Positions 40,323 through 51,629 of a stretch of DNA of 64,000 bases are shown here, piece by piece (within the stretch, counting starts at the first letter, position 1; each line of letters starts with the position of its first letter). Source of the stretch: Lingula anatina (Eukaryota; Animalia; Brachiopoda). The notes under the pieces are model-generated. The model saw only the letters and a list, made by a program, of their open reading frames with translations, had not been told where the DNA came from and made no database searches. The DNA lies in contig CM120646.1 in assembly GCA_051362555.1 (NCBI GenBank), positions 12,772,001 through 12,836,000 of the forward strand, written 5' to 3'. Made by a program: the position numbers and the translations under genes.

Positions 40323-42243
40323 TTTTGACAGTGAAAAAAAATTAAAAATTTATATGCCGACAACTGGCCGATCATTGAGCATTCATTCTGCGTGTGCCTC
40401 CTTTCTACGACCACAGCAATGCCAGTTTCATGGTCGCACAAAGAACACAGAAAGGACATTGTCCAGCTTAAAGGGGATTTAATTGATCATGTGCAGTTAT
40501 TGGCAATGAGTTTACTTCTAAAATTTTGTTAAGTGTAGTTATATGGAAAGTATTTCCCTGGGGCTCATGATTTGTAAGTTCTTTGAAAAAAACAATCACC
40601 TCAGCAATTTTTAAATGACAATTTTTTGCTTCTCAGAAATCTATCACGAAAGAAAATAATAGTACTTTTGATTCAAGTCACACATAGCAAGGTTGCTCAG
40701 CTGATTTATTTGAAGCAGTTTTGTGTTGGGTTTTCTCAATTGAATTTGTAAAAGCCGCTATTAAATTTCAGTGGAGAGATCTGTTTGAAGCTGCCATATC
40801 TAGGGATAGAAATTGGGCTGCGAAAAGATTGTTAATCTAATCTCGCAGTTGTTCTGTCTACAGTCCAGGTCTGGCTTTGACAAGACTTCTCCTTGGTCAA
40901 TAAAATCAAAGGCTTTTCCAGCTAGAATTCTGTAAAATATATATATGAAAAAATTTTGGGAAAATTTAGTAGCACCTAGGGTTAGGCCTATACCAAATAG
41001 TTGGTAAGCTGGTGAAGTATTATATTTTTTGACATTTGATTTTTTGCTTGTTTGTTTATATACAATTAAGTTTGACCCACAGTTAGTTGGTGTTTTTGTG
41101 GTATAAGTCTCTTGTTGCTTTTCAAAGGGCTCTTCTATTTATTGAAATACTTCCAGACTTTTTTAATAACTTCATGAAAGGAATGCAATATGTTAGATCT
41201 TTACATTGCAACATTGAATGTTTTTCCTTTAAAAAATAAATTTTCATCAAGTTATATTCCTTTTCATGTCTGCTCAGAAATGAAAAAGAGCACTTGCTCA
41301 CTTCTACTTGGCATCTCTTTGTTTGCTCACACCTCTGAAAATTATAAACAGCAATGCTTACTGATAGTTGGGACTGTTTTCTAATTACTTCACTTTTCAT
41401 CTACCCATATAGTGATAACATGATAAATTTCTTCTAAAGTTTTGAAATTAACGCTGCACGTTTAAGGGTTTCATGAGAAGTATTAGGCCCTGGCTCTTGG
41501 TTACCATTATGTAAAATGAACACCATAACACTTATTTTAAAGGTGTCCAGTGAAATGTAACTTCTGGCAGAAGGCTTATAAAACTTTTTTCGAAAAATTC
41601 TCCAAATTCATATCTCTTCTTGCAACAGCATAAAGTTTATGTACCGCCCGCAGTGTTAAATTAACCAGAGAATTGTGACTTCCTGTCCAAGGGTTCAACT
41701 TTTTGTTTCTTTTAATCCAATTAATATATGACCATCTTGACACTGATTGACAGGGATTAAGATGTCAAAAGGTGGCTCAGGAGCTACTAGTTGTTAGTAC
41801 TGCCAAAAGGGGGCAGTTACATCAGGTTACCATCCATGTGGTGAAAAATTAGCTTAGTGATTAGTCTGAACAATAGGGGGCAGTCAAAGCAACAAAGTTG
41901 GGATGCATGTTGACATACATGAGTGAGTTGGCATGTGTGACTCTGCTGGCTGTTAAAATCAATAATAATATTGATGATATAACTGTTGTGGTCTAATGAA
42001 ATAATTAAAAATTTGTGGAATGATATTGTCCCCTACATCTATTCAAAAAATGAAAGGGTATATTGATCTCCCACTGATACTAAGTTAGTACAAAAATTTT
42101 ACATTGATGGATTTGTGGGAATTGATTTTGGGACATCATTTCTGCCTTTTAAAACCTTGTTTTATTTCATCCATGTAATATTTAGGCCCTGGAACTTTAC
42201 TTGATCAAGTTGTATTGATTCATTCATTCCTTCATTCATTCAG

Positions 42244-42447
42244 ACCCCCAGCAGTGGTCGGAGATCAACATCTACCAGTGGCTCCAGTGGGCAATCCGAG
42301 AGTTCAACCTAGAGGGCGTGCAAGTACAGAACTTTGCCAATATGGTGGGCTCCACACTTTGTGACCTGCCAAAGGATGATTTCTTGGCTCTGTGTCCTCC
42401 ATTTGTGGGAGAAATTCTTTGGGAACATCTGGAGATAATGCAAAAAG
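42244..42447 (+). CDS. ETS1/2: Ets1/2 PNT/SAM domain exon (DPQQWSEINIYQWLQWAIREFNL...LCDLPKDDFLALCPPFVGEILWEHLEIMQK)
   Basis: Translated by hand (not in the ORF track). ttcAG acceptor, AAG|GTATAG donor, 204 nt. Closely matches the Ets1 PNT domain, including the LxLxxxF ERK-docking motif (LALCPPF). Confidence 0.96.
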
Positions 42448-42819
42448 GTATAGGTTAGAAAAAAAAAAGAAAAATTGTCCCAAGAATTATTTTTAATATA
42501 TGAATTTATAATAATGCCAATTCAACAAACAATTTTTTTTTTTAAATATCTTTTATTTATATAGAAAATTTATATTGTCAGAGGTTGGAAGTGTTTAAGA
42601 TAATGTAGGAATTAAATAAATGCACGTCAGTAATACATGGAATAGATATGAAATTTAACACAAATTTAACACATTTAAATGAGTTGTGAAGTTTTTGAGA
42701 TGTCAATACTGGTCATGCTATGAATTGTCATCACATTTGCATTCAACAGTGGGACTGAATCTTACAGCCCATTCTTTTTGTAAAAAGAACTAAATTTCTC
42801 CCATATTTTCATGTTTTAG

Positions 42820-42903
42820 AAGTTGAACAACAGAGGGCAGCACTGGGCAATGTACCTGAGAACTTCAGTCAGTCCGTATTTGAGGATGGGTTCATGAACT
42901 TAG
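42820..42903 (+). CDS. ETS1/2: Ets1/2 exon EVEQQRAALGNVPENFSQSVFEDGFMNL
   Basis: ttttAG acceptor, TAG|GTAACT donor, 84 nt, phase 1-1, open frame continuing the PNT C-terminal helix. Confidence 0.85.
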
Positions 42904-44057
42904 GTAACTTTTAAACTGGCAGGTGCTGGCAGCAAAAAGCCTTAAACCAGCTCTGTACATGTGTTAATGAGTTGAATTCCGTTAACAGTAATTTTGTGGT
43001 TAGCGCTTTCGTTAACAGTTATTCCATAATTAGCACAGTCATTTACAGTTATTCAGGTTTTAGCACTTTCTCAACCAATCATACCGAGGGAAAGCCTGCT
43101 TATTTAATATTGGTATCGATAAATTGTCATCTTTGAACTTATTGGCATTCAGTGTGCTTCAGACGTTTTTTAGCAAAAAAAAAAAAAAAAAAAGGGAGGG
43201 GGGATGGGGGAAGGATAAAAGTAATGAAATTTAGAATTTTCTTTGACATTTAGTTCATAACTGTTTGTAAAAGTGCAATCTGTGTAACATTTTTGATTAT
43301 TTAGACTTCTGTTGAGTGTTCTAACCTGTTGAGACAATAATTCATCAGTTTCCATCTCTATTATGAGAGAGACTCAATTTTTATTTAAATTTGTTTGTTA
43401 TGACTTGATTTTGGGTTCATTGTTTGGCCTGCACTTTTTCTTTTTAAAGTTCTTCAAGTATTAAATGTTCTTTCCCGAATAGTTTATCACTCTAAGTACT
43501 AGACTGTTTGCATCAGATTGTAAATGTGGAAAAATCCTTGCAGTTAACAACATACTTTAAATTTTCTGAGAAGATGAAGTTGAAATTTATGATTTTGTGT
43601 TCTAGAGTTATACAATTTTATTTAGAAAATTTGTTTTGTTAGTTGGATCTTTCTAGAATTCCACAAAAAAATATCATGTTTTCTTGAGTTAAGCATTAAG
43701 TTGCATAAGCTCTATGTATACTTCTAAGTAGAAAGTCATGTTTTCTGAGTTGTGTGCCAACACTGAAAATGACTAATACACAGACACACAATGAGAGTTA
43801 AGCATAAATTAAGCTATCTATTTTTTACAGTCCACTGAAAGTTTTCTGACAGATGCTTTTGTGCCAAATCTTTTTTTTTTTTTTTTTTTTTTTTGCGAAA
43901 CTGAAATAGGTTTTCTTTTTTGAAAGAATACTTTTTCTTTAAGAATTGTCTTAGATTTAAAAGTACACAAATAACACAGAAAGCACTTGCTATTGAAGTT
44001 TTTTTTTAGTGGTGATCACCTAGAAGTTGTTTATTTACAATTCAATTTATTCAACAG

Positions 44058-44186
44058 CAAGAGAGCCAGCACAGCAACAGCCACAACAACAGGGACAGCA
44101 ACCAATACAGCAACAACAACAACAACAACAACCTTCACCAGCAGCGACCACAGCTCCCCCTCCCACTTCTGGCTCAGGATTTGGAG
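44058..44186 (+). CDS. ETS1/2: Ets1/2 glutamine/proline-rich exon (AREPAQQQPQQQGQQPIQQQQQQQQPSPAATTAPPPTSGSGFG)
   Basis: caacAG acceptor, GAG|GTATGT donor, 129 nt, phase 1-1. Confidence 0.8.
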
Positions 44187-44413
44187 GTATGTATGATAAA
44201 CAAAAATCAATGACAACAGAGAACATTTGTCATTAAAATGCATCATAAGGATGTCTGAGTCTTGAGTGAATTTCCTGATCAAAGTGATTTCTTGGTTTAA
44301 ATATTTAGATCACGTAATGCTGTTCAAAATTGTCTATAATAATTATAGTATTGAATGTTCACAAAGAAAGACCACTTTGGTCAGTATTGTAAACTATTTG
44401 AATTTTGCCTTAA

Positions 44414-44750
44414 AGGGATAATAACTCTTCGTATGAGATCTATATTTCACAATAAAAACATTGTGAATAACTCATAGAAATATAATATATTCTGTTTTAC
44501 CACAAAAACGGCAGTCATAGCTATTATTCTGATATCTGAGCTCGTCTTTAGACCATGTGACCGCCATTGATGGCTGTACTCTGTTAAAATCTCTTAAGAG
44601 ATTTTAACAAAAAACCAAACTTTTTAGAAAAAAACCAGGGACTAACTTTGAATGTAAAAATGGATTCAATAACCATTGGTAGGTATGGGAAAATTGTTGT
44701 TTACTTCAGGAAAATTCATTTTTTGGCCGAAACGAAGAGTTATTATCCCT
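44414..44750 (+). mobile_element. Kolobok-like MITE (337 bp)
   Basis: Same TIRs and TTAA TSD, and highly similar to 25952-26288. Confidence 0.9.
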
Positions 44751-47499
44751 TTAACTTCATGAATGAAAAAAAAAAAATATGGAAAAGAACAAGTTCAAAA
44801 GAAATCGATAAGAACATTTAAAATGAATGAAGGACTGAGGTATCTTTTTCAATACTGTTCAGGAAAGAGGACTGGCAGGCAGACAAAAAAGTTGAATAAT
44901 CAATCTATAAATAGCACTTTATATAAGGCAGAGAAATTATGTACATTCATAAACACAAAGTTACATGTGCACATGCACTACCAAACAGCGATGAAAAGAT
45001 TTTGGGACCTAAAAAAAATCAGTACATCACTTCTTAACTTGACAGTGTCAAGAGATAAAACGTATCTTTGAAGCAGATCAAAAGAAGTTTTGTTTTGGCG
45101 AGGCTGAACTTTCGTCTGCAGTCTGGCATCCTAGTGCCCCGTTTTCCCTTTTTGCAGACCATCATACTAGAAAACTGTGTCAGTTTAGGAGTAATTTATA
45201 GACGCAGGTTATGACCTATCGCAAAGTGCCTTGTTTCTGCTCTAGCGTAATGAACGTTTTCCTGTGATTGCGCCGCGGGGGGATGCACCTGCAGAACATG
45301 GCAATAACCCCTAGAATGCAGGTCATATTTATGCTAGTATTCGTTAGAGAGTAATCGTTGTTCTAGACGTAAAATGTGATGCCATGATATGAGAGAAATG
45401 CATGTAAAATTTGGTAAATGTTCCTGAAAATCATAAGTAAGAATTTTTTGACCCAGGACTAAAGATAGCAAGAGGAAATTTCTGATAGTAGTTCTTGGAA
45501 AATTTTTTTGCCAACTTTCCAATAACCTGAATGATAGCTGTGGTAATTACCCATCCTGCAGTTTTTATTTGCATTTATTACTAATTAATACCATTAGTGC
45601 AAAAAAAAAAAATTCTCTGAAAAAGAACTTGACACTTTTTCCAAAGTTTCTGGTAAGAGGGATGTATGCTGAAATTGAGGTGTGAAAGGAAAAGTGAGGA
45701 TTTTCACCAGAAGATGATGATGTAAATCTGCTTTTCAATTAACAACTATTAGAAGGAAAATTAAACCCGTTCTCACCTTCAATTTGCACTGAAATACATG
45801 ATTAGCAGGGAATTTTCAGGGAAAATTCAAATGTTGAAAACTGCTATAAAAGGGGTCTCTTGTTTGGTTAACCAGTACTTCAGCTCAACCAGAGCACGGT
45901 TGACACTCCTGTGGAAAGGCAAATACCTTGCTAACCTTCTCCTTATCTGATGGCACTCGTTTTGAACTATGAAGCCTGTGGTGAGTTTGGATGTTATTAT
46001 GTGTAGTGCAAATGTCTTTCTTTTTTTACCAGTGTAGCTTTCAGATCGCGCTCTTTTCATTTAGGCATTAGATAGGATGAGTTGGAATTATAGTTATTTT
46101 GTATAACTGGAAACATGTTTTAAATTCTGAATGTAGTGAAATTAAAGTGAGTGAAGCAACAAAGCACAGCACTTGTTGAATTAGAAATAAAAAGGAAGAA
46201 GAAGGGGATAATTTTGTTGTATAAACAGTTAACTTAACAAATTTTTAAAGCAACTTGGTTATTTTCCTCTGGGGAAAACCATGATTGCTCTTCAAATGCC
46301 CAATTCCTTGAGGGAAGATAGGAAAATTTTTCCAAATATTTTTTCAAACCAAAATAATGATAATAATAAGAAGAAGAATAAACTGGGAAAACTACTTAAT
46401 TGTACAGTTCTTGGGTGTAAAATATTTATGCTGTCTAGGTTAAATATTATAAGTTATGAACTCACTTAGCATGGTGATAAGGAATGGTATAGGGTTTCAT
46501 GAATAGAACTGTACCAGTGATTGTTCAATATCCCCCCCCCCCCCCGACAAAACCTTTAATAAAAGACTGCAGTTTACTGCTTATTTTCTCCATAAGTCTA
46601 TTTAAGTTCTTTAAAAAATCAGTAAAGAGATGGAAACATACAATAAGTCTGGTTTGATGCTCATTAAACACAGGTTTTATGGTCATTGAAATAGGTTGAA
46701 GTTCATGTGTCTGACTTCCAGCTCAAGTGGAGCTAGTTTCCTCTGTGTAATTCACCTGTTAGTAACCACCTCTATGATTGGTTTGTGGAAACAGAAGACC
46801 TGTTGCAATTGGATAATCAACCCATACTGAGCCAATCAGCAGGTTTTTTACGCGTGGGACAGATGTGATCTTGTTTTATTTTAGTGAGATAAACTACATG
46901 CTGGTCAATGTCTTTTCTGAATGTCATTATAAGATTCACATATTTAAGGTTTGAATTAGAATTTTAAAATATAACTGTATAACTAATTGTATATTTGACA
47001 ATTTTCATAGTTGAAAAATAATTCTTCCAATTGATCTTCAGCAAATAAATAAAAATGAGGGAAAGAGAGATTAACAGATAAGTCAGACATCACTGAACAT
47101 TTCCTTCAGATCTGGTAAATCCCACACACCCCCTCCTCTCCCGAGTCAGAAAGCATACATTTTCAATTAACAAATCAAATACCTTGCCTAACCATTGCCT
47201 TTAGTGATCCATCACTTTCAAGATGTCTGCCATCGGGAGGAAGTCTCCGTCATGATCTGCTGCTATCACAGGATGGCACCATGGTCGAGGTGGTAGGGGG
47301 AGAACAATGACTTAACTGTGGAAGATGAGTCTAATTTGACAGAATCTTTGGTATGGAGTAATTTTTGAGAAGTTTAGTCTTGTTTGGTAGTAGGCAATAA
47401 GTCGAGGGGTTATGAAGATAGATGCTCAGTGAAATTCTGCATCTTGTTAAAGCTACTAGTTGTTTTGTGGTACACCTTACTGCTGGGTATTCAGCTGAG

Positions 47500-48000
47500 A
47501 TTTTGAGTGTGGAACGGAAAAGCTTCTCACAGGCACTTTGGTTCGTACTCTATTCGCGAGGCATAAACAAGTCAGTTAAACAGCAAGCGCATGTGTTTTT
47601 AATCGAGGGCTCGGTTGAGCGCTGCCGGGCCTCTCACCATATATGGTGCGCTAATCGTGATATATATGAGCACAGGATGTGAATTTGGATCGCATTTAGG
47701 AGAAACGGAACAAATTGTCAAGTCCTTGCATTTGGGGCATTAACTGTAAGCCCTTAGCACCTCTGCACGAAGCCGTGGAAGTCGTTGTTAGCAAGCAGAT
47801 AAGGAGCATCCTCAATACATCCTCCCGCGGGTCACAATCTCAACAACTAAAGAGATAGTGCCGGGAAGTCGTACAATTTGAAGTGGCGGTAACATCTGTA
47901 GAAAATTACGAGGCAATAATAATCATCGAGGTAACATTTGTTCACGGTTGTTGTTGTGACGAATCACGTCCGCCCGCGTAACCGCTTATCATTATGTTCT
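47500..48000 (+). promoter_or_regulatory. Candidate internal promoter: CpG-rich patch with CArG box, TATA-like element and Ets site
   Basis: About 30 CpG in 500 bp by eye. CCATATATGG at 47637-47646, TATATAT at 47661-47667, CAGGATGT at 47673-47680. No ATG between ~47690 and the in-frame ATG at 47994. Confidence 0.6.
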
Positions 48001-48006
48001 TCCCAG

Positions 48007-48210
48007 GAGCTTATCCCATCTCTGAATCCATGCACACACTGAATCAGATGAGTGGAGAACAGCTCATACCACCAGGATACGGAGAGGACGCAGACTACCA
48101 TCGCCTGCACGACCCAACGCATGCTGCTGCACATGCAAACAACTACTACGAGCACGAGTTCTACCCCAACATTCCTGAGCAGAAGTACAGGCCACCATTA
48201 GATTGTAGAG
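48007..48210 (+). CDS. ETS1/2: Ets1/2 exon GAYPISESMHTLNQM...EQKYRPPLDCR
   Basis: ttcccAG acceptor, GAG|GTACGG donor, 204 nt, phase 1-1, coding-like composition. Confidence 0.88.
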
Positions 48211-48915
48211 GTACGGTACAATATCTTTCTTGTTCTCTCTTAAATCTTTCTCTTTCGAAAACTCTTGTTTCTGGGCCACTGGGCCCCAAAACGGCTTAAT
48301 GGTTCTGGTTAAGTTTTATATAAAGGAAGAGGCACCTAGTAAAGTTCACACAAGAAACTAGGAATATCATCAGAACAGTTGTTATGGAGTAGAATTACAT
48401 GTATATATAATACTTAACGTCGAAGGAAGACAGCTTGTTCTGGTATTTCTTATGGATTTTGTATGAGAGGACAATGGATTCGAGTGAGGTAAATGTAACT
48501 TACATCTCATAACATTGTGAAGTATATTTATGTTAACTTTTTTAACTGATGGTAAGAAGGACGTTGAAATATTATTTTTTACCCATATCTTGTTTTGGCT
48601 TATTGAAAGGTGCTCCCTGGGATTCCGACTTTCTGATTCAGCTTTTTATTACACAAACTTGATCACATTTCATCAGAGACAGTAGTGATAAATATATTGG
48701 AGAAATTCTTTGTAGGAAACATTTTTTTAGTTTTGGTGGAATTAAACATAATTGACGAGATTTTGACAGCAGTGTGAATCATTTTCTCAAAAATTCCAAC
48801 TCTGTCAGAATTAAATTCTTATAACCATTCAGTTTCTGTTTTATCATTTGGAAAAATTGCATAGTTTTGGAGGAATATATTTTTCATACAACTTGTTTAT
48901 TTTTACTTATTTTAG

Positions 48916-49194
48916 CCAAGTACCTTGACCAGCGCCAAGCCGAGCCACCCCATCCCTTTGAGCGCGTCTTCAAGCGTGAACCCTACACACCCGAGTACTA
49001 TGACCATCGTGAGCCACCATTTCAGACAGTCCCAGAGTGCTGGACCAATCAAGATCAGCTTGCAGACAGTTGGTCAAGCAATGACTTGCGGCTGAGTATG
49101 AGCGGAGGTGGTTTCCGCCATCTTCATGCTGTCCATGAACGTCCTGGAGAGTCCAAGCCAGTCATCCAGGCAGCCGCGCTTGCTGGATACTCTG
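48916..49194 (+). CDS. ETS1/2: Ets1/2 exon ending KPVIQAAALAGYS (pre-ETS inhibitory helix region)
   Basis: ttttAG acceptor, G|GTGAGT donor, 279 nt. KPVIQAAALAGYS matches Ets1 KPVIPAAALAGYT. Confidence 0.94.
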
Positions 49195-50283
49195 GTGAGT
49201 TTTTAAGAAAACGATGGCTGATCTTAAAATGGGGATTTGCTTTTATTGAAAATGTCAGCCGAAAGGTGGATTCTTTGGAAGTGTGTGACAAAACAGAAGA
49301 TGGCTGAAATGGGAGACATATTGATATAGTTGACTAGGTGGTTTGATGTGCAGAGTTTAATTTTCTTTCCATAATACATTAAGCAGGTGGTTATGATTAG
49401 CACCTTCAGGTTCGTTTTAGGTGTGGAAGGAAGGGAATTCCAGTTGACACTTTTTTATCCCAACAGGGAATATGTGTTAAGTTTTGATCATCGTATTTTC
49501 GTTTTTGTAAGAGCTACAGGATTTTTTAATTTTTTTTTTTTTACAGATTTCAGCACTCTGCATGACTTTTGTCATGTTCAGACGCATTTTGTATATATTA
49601 TTTGTCTAGCAGTATCTTGGCAGAAATATAAGGAACACTTTGCTGTAGGTTTCTTTTGATGTTTGTCCAAAGTTATTTTTGTGAGCACAAAAAATTGCCA
49701 GCTGGGAAGTTTTTTACTGCTTATTTGTTACATCCTTATTGGCATCTACTTAAGGCAGTGTTTTGTACCTGACTTTTCTGTCTTTTGTGATCTGTCCAGA
49801 TTTTGACTTTTATATATAAAAAACTTGTTCTGTTCCCCTTTTCTTTAAGTTATATATAAGGTCACTGATTCAAAAATAGCGGTGAATGAATGGAATAGAT
49901 AAGATAGGAGATAGGACAAAAAATATTTAAGGCTTCATTCTGTTGATTCTTACAATCAGGGCAGTTGGCTTTTGTATCTGTTTAGTTTAGAGTTTGCTTA
50001 ATCATTTGGAAAGGAAAAAGGTAGCTACAGTGGAATGTGCAAATTAATCACAGCAGATCTTGGAAGCGCCTGTTCCTCCTGCCCCTCATTTCAACCCAGT
50101 CACATGTGTGCAGGAAACAGGTACTTGAGAAAACATGTCTGCCAAGTTGTGAAGGGGAGACAGCTAATAGTTGAGCGTCAGCGGGAGGCCTTATTTACAA
50201 TTAAGATAATTTTCATTTTTTGGCATGACTCTGGTCTTCAACATAATAGAATTAAGCTTGGCCAAAAAACGAAGGAGGATGTC

Positions 50284-50318
<35 letters not shown>

Positions 50319-50932
50319 GAGAAAATGCTAGTGTGTTATCCAAGGTTATCAAGTTTTTTTTTTTTTTTTGGGGGGGGGGATTGAGTTGAAGATCAGTTTC
50401 TAAAATTATCATTAAAGTTTTGTCAAACTTGGTACTTAAATGTGTACTTCATGTTAGCTAGTCATTGTGACCAAAGTACCACCCCACCCTGATATAACTG
50501 ACCACAAGTATGTCACTGTGGTGGTGTCAGCCAGTGATGTGGAAGTTGTGCAGTGTTTGATTGTACTGAATGTTAGAAATGTGAAACTTATTCCACTTGA
50601 ACACTTTTTTGCATTGTACAAAATGATAAAAAAGGGGACAGTTTTTTATTTTTAACAATGTGTGGAGGAGTTACTTTCAAAGTGGTTGTTCATTTTTATT
50701 GAAGTACTTCAGTGACAAAAGTTAAAGGAAAAAATTACCATTCCAACATTGAAAAAATATTTCATTTTTAATAATGCTATTAGATAAATTAAATATGAAA
50801 TACAGTATATGATTTCCTTACCTAACAGGAATTAACCCCATCTAGTCATGAGAATTTCATTTTGGAATGTAATAATTACAATTATATTGAAAATTGCTTA
50901 AGCACTCTGTTGCATCTATGTTGATTATTTTA

Positions 50933-51275
50933 TTATTGTGGTAATAATCTATGTGGTGTTGAAAGTGATTAAACATTATGATTAACAGGCCGGTAGTCAG
51001 GGGGGGTTCGGGGGGGGGGGGGGTCGAAAGAATCGCCCCTTTTGCTGGGAAAAGATCCACTCTGGGTAAAATTTGATCTAGGTACATGTAGTTTTTATGG
51101 GAAAAGGTCCACTTCTTCAGAAAAAGAACCCCCCTTTTGAAATTGCTGGCTACGTGCCTGCTTAATCTATCTTAATATAATTATTGTGGTAATAAACTTT
51201 GTGGTGTTGAAAGTAATTAAACACTATGTTAAATCTATCTTAATATAATTATTGTGGTAATAATGTATGTGGTGT
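50933..51275 (+). repeat. 68-bp tandem repeat (~2.4 units) just upstream of the ETS-exon acceptor
   Basis: TTATTGTGGTAATAA...TGTGGTGT recurs at 50933, 51181 and 51249. Confidence 0.85.
50986..51160. mobile_element. hAT-like (CAGG termini) MITE with an apparent 5-bp TSD
   Basis: CAGGCCGGTAGTCAG ... CTGGCTACGTGCCTG, flanked by ATTAA / CTTAA, inserted in a 68-bp tandem repeat. Confidence 0.72.
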
Positions 51276-51285
51276 ATTCTTCCAG

Positions 51286-51629
51286 GGAGTGGACCCATCC
51301 AGCTGTGGCAGTTCCTCCTAGAACTCCTCACAGACAAGTCCTGCCAACACTTCATCAGTTGGTCTGGGGACGGCTGGGAGTTTAAACTGTCCGATCCTGA
51401 CGAGGTGGCTCGCCGTTGGGGCCTGAGGAAGAACAAACCAAAAATGAACTATGAGAAGCTGAGCCGAGGCCTGCGATACTATTACGATAAGAATATCATT
51501 CATAAGACTGCTGGTAAACGTTATGTGTACCGATTTGTTTGTGACCTGCAAAGCTTGCTGGGATACACGCCAGAGGAGCTGTTTCGAGCATGTGACATCA
51601 CCCCCCAGAAGGACAAGGATGATGATTGA
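51286..51629 (+). CDS. ETS1/2: Ets1/2 terminal exon with the complete ETS DNA-binding domain
   Basis: ttccAG acceptor. [46 protein letters not shown]...[21 protein letters not shown] is near-identical to Ets1/Ets2/Pointed. Ends in TGA. Confidence 0.98.
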
